The notes beneath the pieces are model-generated. The model saw only the letters and a program-made list of their open reading frames with translations. It was not told the origin of the DNA and ran no database searches. DNA of 64,000 bases from an uncultured delta proteobacterium. Lineage in GTDB: Bacteria > Myxococcota > Myxococcia > SLRQ01. The translations under genes were made by a program, and so were the position numbers. Shown here piece after piece: positions 33,062 to 42,557 of this stretch (position 1 is its first letter; every line of letters begins with the position of its first letter). The DNA lies in the NCBI GenBank assembly GCA_963727485.1, contig CAVSGM010000011.1, positions 768,001-832,000 of the forward strand. The letters run 5' to 3'.

Positions 33062-34120
33062 TCACAGCGCGATGAGCTCCTCGACCTGCTCCAGGAGCTT
33101 CCGGCGCCAGGCGACCACCGGGCTCGACCCGTCGATCACCCTGCGGGTCTCCTCGATCACCTCGGCGAGGGCCACCCGGCGCACCCGGCGATCGAAGGTC
33201 GCCTCGCCGGCGTCCCCCGGGGGCTCCCAGCTCACCATCACGTCGTCGGCGCCGTGCTCCAGGGCGAGCACCGCCCCGAAGGCGAGGCGCTGGGCGATGA
33301 CCCGGTCCATGGCCGAGGGGTTCCCGCCCCGGACCACGTGGCCGAGGACGGTCTCGCGGATCTCCAGGTCGGGGAGCGTGCCGGCGATGCCCTTCTGCAG
33401 CCGCGAGACCAGGCGCGCGGTGGGGATGCGCACGCCCTCGGCCTTGACGATGAGCACCCGGTTCTTGTCGCGCTCGGGCGAGAAGCTGCGGTGGAGCACC
33501 GCCAGGAGCCGCTCGACCACCTCGTCCTCGGACCAGCCCCGCTCGGCGAAGAGGATCGCGTCGGCCTCGGCGGCGAGCCCGGCGCGCATGGCGAGGAAGC
33601 CGCTGTCGCGGCCCATGACCTCGACGATGAACGCCCGGCGGTGGGCCCGGGCGGTGTCGCTGATGCGGTCGCAGGCCTCGACGATGGTGTTGAGGGCGGT
33701 GTCCACGCCGATGGCCATGCCGCAGTGGCCGATGTCGTTGTCGATGGACGCCGGCAGCCCCACCACCTGGCAGTCGGTGAGCGGCGCCAGGAGGTGGGCG
33801 CCGGTGAGCGACCCGTTGCCCCCGATGACGACGAGCCCCTCGATGCCCAGCTCGGCGAGGCGGTCGGCGGCGCGCTGTCGCCCGGCCTCCTCGAGGAACT
33901 CGGCGGAGCGCGCCGAGCCCAGGACCGTGCCCCCGAACCGGGAGATCCCGTCGGCGTCCTTGAGGCCGAAGGGCACGGCGTCCCCGGCCATGAGCCCCTT
34001 GTAGCCCCGGCGGATGCCGAGCACCTCGTGCCTGCGCGCCAGGGCGACCTTCACCACCGTGTGGATGGCGGCGTTCATCCCCGGGGCGTCTCCCCCACTG
34101 GTCAGGACGGCGATGCGCAT
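33062..34120 (-). CDS. pfkA: 6-phosphofructokinase
   Basis: LTSGGDAPGMNAAI, GGTVLGSAR, IGGNGS, SIDND, EVMGR, LGHVVRGG. Confidence 0.93.
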   Translation of the reverse strand: MRIAVLTSGGDAPGMNAAIHTVVKVALARRHEVLGIRRGYKGLMAGDAVPFGLKDADGISRFGGTVLGSARSAEFLEEAGRQRAADRLAELGIEGLVVIGGNGSLTGAHLLAPLTDCQVVGLPASIDNDIGHCGMAIGVDTALNTIVEACDRISDTARAHRRAFIVEVMGRDSGFLAMRAGLAAEADAILFAERGWSEDEVVERLLAVLHRSFSPERDKNRVLIVKAEGVRIPTARLVSRLQKGIAGTLPDLEIRETVLGHVVRGGNPSAMDRVIAQRLAFGAVLALEHGADDVMVSWEPPGDAGEATFDRRVRRVALAEVIEETRRVIDGSSPVVAWRRKLLEQVEELIAL

Positions 34121-34182
34121 GACCCACCAGTTATCACGCCGCCCGGTGCGGGGAAGGGTGCTTTGCGATACAACCATCGGCG

Positions 34183-35961
34183 ATGCCGATCTGCCCGTCT
34201 TGCGAGCACGAGGTCGCCGAGGGGGCGCGGTTCTGCCCCTTCTGCGGCGGCAACCTCTCCGTCCTCTCCCAGGCCGGCGAGGACCCCTACGCCGGGCGCC
34301 TCGTCGCCGGGAAGTACCTGGTCGAGGCGCTCATCGGCGAGGGCGGCATGGGGCGCGTGTACAAGGCGGTCCAGCAGCCCCTCGACAAGACGGTGGTCCT
34401 CAAGGTGCTGCGCCAGGCCTTCCAGGGCGACGCGTCGCTGGTGGCCCGGTTCCAGCGCGAGGCCCGGGCGGCGAGCCGGCTCTCGCACCCCAACAGCATC
34501 GCGGTCACCGACTTCGGCCAGATCGAGGACGGGGCGCTGTTCATCGCCATGGAGTACCTCGACGGCCGGGACCTCGCCGCCGAGCTCGCGGCGGTGGGGC
34601 CGCTCCCGGAGAAGCGGATCGTCCACATCGTCACCCAGGTGCTCTCGGCGCTGGCCGAGGCCCACGCGGCCAGCGTCATCCACCGGGACCTCAAGCCCGA
34701 GAACATCGTGATCGTCCCCCGCCGGGACGACCCGGACTTCGTGAAGGTCCTCGACTTCGGCATCGCCAAGATCCAGGACCCGGCGGGCGAGGACTCGGTG
34801 GCGCTCACCCAGGCGGGGCTGGTGTGCGGCACCCCCGAGTACATGAGCCCGGAGCAGGCCCGGGGCGAGGCGTTGGACCCGCGCTCGGACCTCTACAGCG
34901 TCGGCGTCATCCTCTACCAGCTGTCGACCGGGCGCCTGCCGTTCACCGCCGAGACCTCCGTGGGCATCGTCACCAAGCACCTGGTCGAGGCGCCGCCGCT
35001 CCCCCGGAGCATCCGCCCCGAGGTCACGCCGGAGATGGAGGCGCTGATCCTCCGGTGCATGGCCAAGGACCGGGAGGCCCGGCCGGCGACCGCCGAGGCC
35101 CTGGCCGAGGCGCTCCGGGGCGTCGAGGCCGAGGCGGCGAGCAGGGCCACCGGGGACACCGCGGTTTCCCCGGCGCAGGTGCCGCCGGCGGCGGTGCCTC
35201 CTGGCCCGGCCGCCGAGGGCCACGCGGGGACCACGGATCGGGACACCCTGGCCCGGGCCCAGGCCGCCGCGGCGGCGCCGGCGCCCGAGGTGGCCCCGGC
35301 CGCGTCCGCCCCCGACGACGACTGGGACGCCCCGGTGAAGCAGACCCGGGGCTGGGTCTGGGGCGCCGGGGTGGTGGCCATCGCGCTCGCCTTCGGCGGC
35401 GGGTACCTCGCCGTCCACTTCCTCCGCGGTGGCGGCGCCAGGCCCGCGGCGGTGGCCGCCGGGAAGCCCGCGGCCGCAGCGCCGGCCCAGGACGAGACGG
35501 CGCCCGCCAGGCCCGCGCCCACCAAGCCCGACGCGGCCCCTGCGCCCAAGGCCCACGCGGCGGCGCCCGGGACCCCGAAGCCCGCGGCCCACGTTGACGC
35601 AGACGACGCCCACCCCAAGGCGGTCCGCCACGCCGGCACGCGCCACCACGCCCTCCCGTCGCCCCCGCTCCCGGCCGACCATCACCGGGGCGCCCCGACG
35701 GCGGCCCAGCGCGCCCGGGCCCGGAAGCTCCGGGCCGCCGGGGACGGCTTCTGGGCCCACCAGGACTTCGCCCACGCCATCGCCAAGTACCGGGCGGCGG
35801 CCCGGCTCGTCCCCGACGACCCGGCCCTCCAGCGCAAGCTCGGCCTCGGCTACCTCACCCTGGGCAAGACCGGGCGCGCCAAGCCGCACCTGAAGCGCTA
35901 CCTGAAGCTCTCGCCCCACGCGCGGGACCGCAAGATGATCCAGCGCCTCCTGGCGCGGTGA
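34183..35961 (+). CDS. Membrane Ser/Thr protein kinase (N-terminal Zn ribbon, TM, C-terminal TPR-like)
   Basis: GEGGMGRVY, HRDLKPEN, DFGIAK, GTPEYMSPEQ. Confidence 0.92.
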   Translation: MPICPSCEHEVAEGARFCPFCGGNLSVLSQAGEDPYAGRLVAGKYLVEALIGEGGMGRVYKAVQQPLDKTVVLKVLRQAFQGDASLVARFQREARAASRLSHPNSIAVTDFGQIEDGALFIAMEYLDGRDLAAELAAVGPLPEKRIVHIVTQVLSALAEAHAASVIHRDLKPENIVIVPRRDDPDFVKVLDFGIAKIQDPAGEDSVALTQAGLVCGTPEYMSPEQARGEALDPRSDLYSVGVILYQLSTGRLPFTAETSVGIVTKHLVEAPPLPRSIRPEVTPEMEALILRCMAKDREARPATAEALAEALRGVEAEAASRATGDTAVSPAQVPPAAVPPGPAAEGHAGTTDRDTLARAQAAAAAPAPEVAPAASAPDDDWDAPVKQTRGWVWGAGVVAIALAFGGGYLAVHFLRGGGARPAAVAAGKPAAAAPAQDETAPARPAPTKPDAAPAPKAHAAAPGTPKPAAHVDADDAHPKAVRHAGTRHHALPSPPLPADHHRGAPTAAQRARARKLRAAGDGFWAHQDFAHAIAKYRAAARLVPDDPALQRKLGLGYLTLGKTGRAKPHLKRYLKLSPHARDRKMIQRLLAR

Positions 35962-36126
35962 TCAGGCGGCGCATCGCCGTGTGCCTCGATGTCGGGGTGA
36001 TGTCTACATTGAAGCCCCTCGCTCCAGGCTGCTATCGTGGGGTTGCCTCGTAGGGCTGTGCCGCAGTCAGCGGCGTCCCCCCAGCACGGATCCCCCACCG
36101 AGCCCCGACCGCGGCAGACCCTGGAG

Positions 36127-39100
36127 GTGATCCGTGCAGCACGGCCCGTTCCCCCCCCCCCGCACCGAGCAGTCCTCGCGTCGGCCCTGCTGATCACGGC
36201 GGTCGTGCCGGCAAGCGCCTGGGCGGCGCTCCAGTGTCCGGGGCCCGAGATCAATCTCACGTACACCGCTGACGCGGTGCCGGGTCAGGCCTCGCCGCCG
36301 TGGCAGATGCTGGGCCAGGGCACCGAGTCCGCCAGCGGCGGGATCCTCACGCTTGGCGGCACGCGCCAGGCCTACCGGGTCGAGGACCTTGGCGGCCTGT
36401 CCCACGCCTTCTCGATGACCGCACGCGTCCGCCTGGTGCCCGGGTCGAGCGGCGCGTTCGCCGTCGGCGCCGTGGCCCAGACCAAGGCGGCGGTGTTCGT
36501 CCTGGCGGCCGCGCCTGGGGGGATGAGCGTGGCGCTCCTCGGCGACAAGCAGGTGACGACCATCGGCACCGTGCCCTTCGACGCCACCACGTGGCACACG
36601 GTCGCCGTCCAGGTGGTGCGGGGCGTGAGTGCCCGGTTCATCGTGGACGGCGACACGGACCACGCGGTGGTGATCGACTGGAACGGGCTGCCCGGCCTGG
36701 ACGCGAGCCCGGCGTACGGGCACCTCGTGACCACCCCGGACCAGATGCTGGTGCTCTTCGGTAGCATCGGCGGGTACGAGAGCCAGTGGGACGATGTGGA
36801 CGCGTCGGTGTGCGGCCCGGTGGACCTGGCGGTGTCGGTACAGACCGAGGTGCCCTCGCAGGCGGGGCGGCGGGTGCTGCCGGGCGGGATGGGCGAGACG
36901 CTGTCGGGGATGACCTCGCTCACCGCCACGGTCACCCGGGTGGACGTGGTGCACCGGACGGTCCTCGACGACCCGTCGACGGAGCGGGTCATCACGGTGT
37001 CGGCGTCGCCCGCGGACGTGACCCTGGCGACGACGCCGGACGACACCTCGGTCAGGCCCCTGACGGGGCTCGAGGTGCCACCCGGGTACGTGATGCAGCT
37101 TCGGCTGATCGTCCGGGACCTGCGGATCACCCTGCGGGGGCAGACCTACCCAGTGGCGGTGCCGAGCGGCGCCGAGAGCGGGCTGAAGGTGGTACCGGCC
37201 GGCGGCTACCTGCGCGTCCCCGAGAACGGTGGTGCGGGGATCGTCATCGGTCTGCCGCTCTTCGGAAGCCTTGCTCGGAACCGAAAGGGATTTCGGATGA
37301 GGCCCCTGATGCGGGCATGCGATTGCGTCTTCGATCCGGCCACCGAGACCTGTTCGCTGGGTGGCACTTCCGGCGCGCCGGTGTGCCCGGGCCCGGGAGG
37401 TGGCCCTCCGGTCGTATCGCACCCGGTGCTCACGAGCCTGGCCTGCAATGGTCCGGTTGCGGTCCCTCTGCGGTTCGACACCGTCGACTGGATCGACGGC
37501 AACGTCCACACTCCCCAGCCAGGAGGCGTGCTCTACGACCCGGGGGTCAACCTGCCAGTCGCGATTGCCGCGGATCCGGCGACGATAGGTCTCGGGCTAG
37601 ACGTGACGCGCATTGACCTACGTGTAGCTGCGCACGGCCCGCCAGACACCGCGACCTTTGGCGGAACGCCGATCCGCGCCGTCGGGAATACTGCGGTCGC
37701 CGCTGCGAGAATGGGAATTGCCGTACTCCAGTTCCACAGTGAACACGTGCCAGCGGGTGCGCTGCCTGGAACGTGGCCCACAGGCCGAGGTCTGTCGGTC
37801 GGCAGCGCATGGGTCGACTGCGATCCGAAGGCACCTCTCTACCCGTCGGTGCCTGACATGCCTCTGCTTCAGGCGGTAACGCCTCTCGTCGTTGCCCTGC
37901 GCGGCACGCACGATCTGGTGCTCATGCGGGTACCGGCGGACGCCGACCATCACCAGACTCTAGCCATGGTCGATACGGGGCAGGTCGAGAGCCCACCGGT
38001 CCCGTCCGGCAATTTCTCCGCAGAACTCGTCGCATGGCATGGTGATGCATACCACGCCGACCGACTGCGGCGAGCAGCTGTCTTCAGATCGCGTAGCGGG
38101 CTGGTGACGGAGCCCAGTTCGAGGTGGCTTGACCTACCGCCCTCCAGCCAGCCCTGGGTGGTCGCGATACGTTCGCTGCGTGGGACAGGCTCGGTCATAC
38201 TTCGCCGGGCCGTTACCTGGCGTCAGGACCTTCCCAAGGCGCTGAACGTGAATCTCGCCATAGCGGGCGTCTCACCTCATCCTCCGGGTGCGCGGAAGTG
38301 CCGTCGTCTCACCGGCCTCGACTGCACGGTATGCGAGACTCTCACCCACGACCTGGTCTTCCATGGGCCTGACTGTCCAGAGCAGGCGGGACAGCCCGGG
38401 CCGTCCGGAGGTCCACCGCCCTCGCAGATCGAGGACCTCGAGCGCGCACTCTGCGTCGGGCTGAGGAGAACGTACTCTGCCTACAAGGGAATCGCGGACG
38501 TTCACGTCCTGCGCGTTTGGGTTGGCGACGGACTCTGCGGTGGTGCTGGTCCCTTTGGCTCGAGCGCCTGCGATGTCGAGGTCGTCAATACAAACGACAG
38601 GAACGACTCCTACGCCACTCCCATCCAACTGCCGATCCGGCCGGGAGTGCACTTACTGATAGGGCAGATGCTCCCGGTGAAGACGGCGGACTCGCCGTGG
38701 CTGGTGCCGCACGAGCTTGGTCACTACCTATTCGACCTGTGCGACGAGTACGGAACTCAGGAACCAGGCGGTCCTGTCAACCTACCGCTGTGCCCCTATC
38801 AGCGCGGCGCGCCGGCGGTGTCGGTTGGTCTCTGCGGCCACAGCCTGATGTCGGACGACTTCGGCCCCGTCCGCGCCGTTTGCACGGACCGGGAGCACGG
38901 CCTGGATGCGCCCACCCCGATTCGAGTCCTTACCCAGGGGACGTCGGCCACGCCCTCGGCCTGGGACGTCGCTCTCTGCGGCTGGCCCCCCTTGGTGAAT
39001 GCAGGCGCCGTCCAGGCGTGCCTCGCCGAGCAGCGCCAGGCCGTGGAGCTGCCGTCGCTCGATGCCCTGGACTTCTCCAGGTCCACGCTCGGCGGCCATT

Positions 39101-39153
39101 TCTGGCTGGAGCGCATGAACTACGGAGTCCGGAGGATCCGGGTATGCCAATGA
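36127..39153 (+). CDS. Large secreted modular protein: N-terminal beta-sandwich, DUF4382-like domain, Cys-rich linker, C-terminal HExxH zinc-metallopeptidase-like domain (start uncertain)
   Basis: Signal peptide ending AWA; PPGYVMQLRL...VPSGAESGLK (DUF4382-like); HELGHYLFDLCDEY followed by SLM. Confidence 0.65.
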   Translation: MIRAARPVPPPPHRAVLASALLITAVVPASAWAALQCPGPEINLTYTADAVPGQASPPWQMLGQGTESASGGILTLGGTRQAYRVEDLGGLSHAFSMTARVRLVPGSSGAFAVGAVAQTKAAVFVLAAAPGGMSVALLGDKQVTTIGTVPFDATTWHTVAVQVVRGVSARFIVDGDTDHAVVIDWNGLPGLDASPAYGHLVTTPDQMLVLFGSIGGYESQWDDVDASVCGPVDLAVSVQTEVPSQAGRRVLPGGMGETLSGMTSLTATVTRVDVVHRTVLDDPSTERVITVSASPADVTLATTPDDTSVRPLTGLEVPPGYVMQLRLIVRDLRITLRGQTYPVAVPSGAESGLKVVPAGGYLRVPENGGAGIVIGLPLFGSLARNRKGFRMRPLMRACDCVFDPATETCSLGGTSGAPVCPGPGGGPPVVSHPVLTSLACNGPVAVPLRFDTVDWIDGNVHTPQPGGVLYDPGVNLPVAIAADPATIGLGLDVTRIDLRVAAHGPPDTATFGGTPIRAVGNTAVAAARMGIAVLQFHSEHVPAGALPGTWPTGRGLSVGSAWVDCDPKAPLYPSVPDMPLLQAVTPLVVALRGTHDLVLMRVPADADHHQTLAMVDTGQVESPPVPSGNFSAELVAWHGDAYHADRLRRAAVFRSRSGLVTEPSSRWLDLPPSSQPWVVAIRSLRGTGSVILRRAVTWRQDLPKALNVNLAIAGVSPHPPGARKCRRLTGLDCTVCETLTHDLVFHGPDCPEQAGQPGPSGGPPPSQIEDLERALCVGLRRTYSAYKGIADVHVLRVWVGDGLCGGAGPFGSSACDVEVVNTNDRNDSYATPIQLPIRPGVHLLIGQMLPVKTADSPWLVPHELGHYLFDLCDEYGTQEPGGPVNLPLCPYQRGAPAVSVGLCGHSLMSDDFGPVRAVCTDREHGLDAPTPIRVLTQGTSATPSAWDVALCGWPPLVNAGAVQACLAEQRQAVELPSLDALDFSRSTLGGHFWLERMNYGVRRIRVCQ

Positions 39154-40178
39154 ATCGCTTCCGTCCTGGGCTCGTGGCCCTGGTCGCAGGGATGGTGCTG
39201 CTGGCACCTGCAGCTTGCGCGGCGAGCTCACCGGCCCCGCCACCCCGAAGCCTGGGCCTGGTCCCGAAGGCCGAGACGACGAACGTGACGCTGCTCGAGG
39301 TGGCGTTCGGGCCCTATCCAGCATATCCGGACCAGGATCTGCGTACCGAGTATATCGCCTGGGTCGGCGGCGTCCTGAAGGTCATTGGCCCCGACGGGAA
39401 GCTGACGCATCCGAAGCTCGAGTTCCGTGGATTAGATGCCGCCGTCGGCCGGGACACCGATCCCCTTGCGGGCACCGACCACTACGTCGTGTCGACCCCG
39501 ACACCGGGCTGGTACACGCTCATCCTGCCGGTGCGGCCGGACATCAAGTACGACAGCACGGGCCTGGCCGCCCGATTGGTGAACGGGAACCGGGTTGGTG
39601 ACTACCTCGCCGGGAAGCCGGGCCTCGGCATCCGCGCCGCGTCGATCCGTTGTGACTCGACCGGCTGCGGGCTGGCCGTTGAGGTCTCCCAGCCCCTCGC
39701 GCCAAACCAGGTATTGTCGGGCTCGATCGTGCCGGTCGATGCGGCGGGGCAGGCGATCTCCTGGACCAAGCTCACCCAAGAGACGTTGGGCTTCGGCGGA
39801 CCCATCGCCTCGGCCAGGGTGGCAGCCCTCCGCGTGGACCGGGGACTGGTCGCCGCGGATGGTTCTGCCTGGGTATATCCCGCAGTGGGGTCCACGCTGA
39901 AAGTCGACCTCGAGCCCATCAACGGACAGTCCTCGTACACGACCTGGATCGCCAACCGGCGAGGCCTCGATGCGCAGATTCCGACACCCACCCAGGCCGA
40001 GCTTCAGCCTGCCCAGCCCGTGCCGCCGCCCGGCACGAGCCAGGACGGTGCTGCCACCGGGTGCAGTGCCGCACGGGGGGGCCCGCAGGCTGCGTTTCTC
40101 GCCCTGATACTCCTGGCTCTCACGCTTGTGCGGAGGCGGCCTTCGCCACCTCGACCCGGAGCACCTGCCGGCCCATGA
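39150..40178 (+). CDS. Exported protein with MYXO-CTERM-like C-terminal sorting signal
   Basis: Signal peptide; C-terminal GCSAARGG-hydrophobic helix-RRR; ATGA overlap with the upstream gene. Confidence 0.7.
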   Translation: MNRFRPGLVALVAGMVLLAPAACAASSPAPPPRSLGLVPKAETTNVTLLEVAFGPYPAYPDQDLRTEYIAWVGGVLKVIGPDGKLTHPKLEFRGLDAAVGRDTDPLAGTDHYVVSTPTPGWYTLILPVRPDIKYDSTGLAARLVNGNRVGDYLAGKPGLGIRAASIRCDSTGCGLAVEVSQPLAPNQVLSGSIVPVDAAGQAISWTKLTQETLGFGGPIASARVAALRVDRGLVAADGSAWVYPAVGSTLKVDLEPINGQSSYTTWIANRRGLDAQIPTPTQAELQPAQPVPPPGTSQDGAATGCSAARGGPQAAFLALILLALTLVRRRPSPPRPGAPAGP

Positions 40179-41257
40179 GGACGTAGTCCCCGTGGCTCAG
40201 GGCGCGCTCCTCGCCGGCGGGCACGCGCACGTAGGTGCCGTTCATGCTCTCCAGGTCCGTGAGCTTCGCCCGGCCGTCGGCCTCGACGGTGAGCTCGCAG
40301 TGGTGGGTGGAGACGTAGCCGTCGTCGGGGAGGCAGACCTCGCAGCCGACCCGGCCGATGGCGACGGTGGGGCCGCTCGCGACCCACACGTGGCCGGCGC
40401 GCCCGCCGACGAGGATCTCCTCGAGGGCCACCGCGCCGGCCGGGCGGGGGGCGCCGGGGACCGGCTGGCCGTCGCCGTCCGGGACCGGGCCGAGGTAGCG
40501 CAGGCGCCGGTGGCCGACCACCAGCTCGTCGCCGGGGCCGAGGTCCACGGGCGCCCGGAGGCGGACGAAGGTGCCGCTCTCGCTGCCCGCGTCCCGGAGG
40601 TGGAGCCAGCCGTCCCGGTAGAAGAAGGTGGCGTGGTGGGGCGCGAGGAAGGCGTCGGAGGGGAAGATCACCAGGCCCTGGCTTCGGCCCGCGGGGATTC
40701 TCGTCGGCGCCGAGGCGGAACTCGGCCCCCTCGAAGCCCTCGCCGCGGATGAGGATGAGCTTGGCGCGGCCCGGGGCCAAGGCGCCGCCGGCGCTCGCCG
40801 CGCCGCCCCCGAGAGCCGGGGCCACCGCCGGGAGGACCATGGTGCCCCCGCCGGCGAGCGGCGCCCCGCACTGGGCGCAGAACCGGGCCTCGGCGGGGCA
40901 GGCCGACTTGCACACCGAGCAGATCACCGCCCGGCCCGAGTCGCCGTCGGTGGCGGAGGCCACCCCGCTCGGGGGCGGCGCCGCCACGGTGACCTCGTCG
41001 TCGTCATCGCCGTCGTCGGCGGCCGCGGCGGGCGTGGGGGGCGCCGGGACGTTGGCGGCGGCGAAGAAGCCGGTGAACCCGGCCGGGGCCAGGGCCTCGT
41101 CGCAGCTCTGGCACACCCCGACGCCCGGGGGGTTGTAGGTGTCGCAGTGGGGGCAGACCACGCCGAACTGCATCGCCGCCTCGAGGGCGTCGCCGCAGGC
41201 CTGGCAGGTGGTCGCCTCGGTGGGATTCCGGGCGCCGCAGGCGGGGCAGAGGGCCAT
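40120..41257 (-). CDS. Multi-zinc-ribbon + tandem FHA domain protein (frameshift near 40696-40700)
   Basis: Six CxxC knuckles; APHHA...SESGTF and IGR...VSTHHC...SMNGTY FHA motifs. Confidence 0.8.
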
Positions 41258-41310
41258 GGCGCCGTGGTAGCACGGCGCCGCGGGACCCGGCAACGACGGG
41301 GCCAGGGGCC

Positions 41311-42557
41311 TCAGCCGCCGGCGTGACGGGCCTGGTCGAAGACCCGGAGGATCTTCGGCGAGGTGCGCCTGGGGTCGAGGGTGGTCTTGGGGTCCAGGGC
41401 CAGGAGGCGCTGGAACTGCTCCAGGGCCTCGCCTCGCCGGCCCAGCGCCACCAGGGCGAAGGCCAGGAGGCGCCTCGCCCGGGCCTCGGCGGGGGCCTTC
41501 GGGTGGCCGGCGAGGAACGCCCGGAGGGTCTCGACGGTCTTCTGGTAGGCGCCGTGGTGGTAGAGGACGGTGGCGGCGATGACCGGGTCGGTGGGGCCTG
41601 TGGGGGCCGCGGCCACCTCGGGGGCGGGCGCTGGGTGGGCCGGCGCCTTGGCCGCGGCCGCGTGCTTCTCCCGGGCGGCCTGCGCCCGCGCCGCCTTGTC
41701 CCTTGCCGCCTGCTCCCGCGCCGCCTTGTCCCGCGCAGCCTTGTCCCGCGCGGCCTGCTTCCGCGCGGCCTGCTTCCGCGCCGCCTGCTCCCGGGCCGCC
41801 TTCGCCGCCCGGGTCGCCGCCGCGCGCTTCTCCCGGGCCGCTTGCGCCGCCGCCTTGGCCGCCGCCGCCTTTGCCGCCCGGGCCGCGGCCTCGCGCTTGC
41901 GCTTCGCCGCCGCCGCCGCCCGCGCCGCCGCCGCGCGCTTCGCCCGCGCGGCCCTGGCCTCGGCCGCCTTCCGCGCCGCGGCCCCGCCGGCGGCGAGGTT
42001 GGCGTGGACCTCGGTGGCGTCGGTGGCCCGGTCGAGGAGCGGGATGAGGAGGATGGTCCCGGGGCTCACCCGACCGGCGCCCAGGCCGTTGTAGGTGCGC
42101 AGCAGCTTCGCCGCGCGCCGGGTCCGATAGAAGCGCCGGGCCAGCCCGGCGAGGGTCTCCCCCCGGAGCACCTGGTGCCGGAGCACCGCCGGGATGAGGA
42201 TCGCGTCCCCGGCGCCAGGGACCTGGGGTCGGCGATGCCGTTGAGCTTCGCCAGGAAGACGTAGCGCTCGCTGGACCCGAGGAAGCGCTGGGCCAGCCCG
42301 GCGAGGCTGTCGCCGTGGTGCACCACGTAGGGCCGGGCGGTGGGGAGCTTGAGGCGCCGGCCCGGGCGCACCGACGACCCGGGGAGCTTGTTGGCCTCGG
42401 CGACGTAGACCCACTTCCAGGCCGACCCGTAGGCGTCCGCGGCGATGGCCGAGAGGCTCTCGCCGTGCTGGACCACGTGGGTCGTCCCGGCGCGGGCGGG
42501 CCCCGGCGCCAGGAGGGCGAGGCCGAGGGCGGCCACCATGGCGAGGCGCCGGGTCAT
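41311..42557 (-). CDS. Exported 3xLysM protein with Ala-rich helical stalk and C-terminal TPR (frameshift near 42207)
   Basis: HVVQHGESLSAIA, VVHHGDSLAGLA, HQVLRGETLAGLA; AAR[KDE][QK] repeats. Confidence 0.8.
41660..41800 (-). repeat. Degenerate 15-bp tandem repeat encoding AAR(K/D/E/A)(Q/K)
   Basis: About 9 units visible in DNA and protein. Confidence 0.75.
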
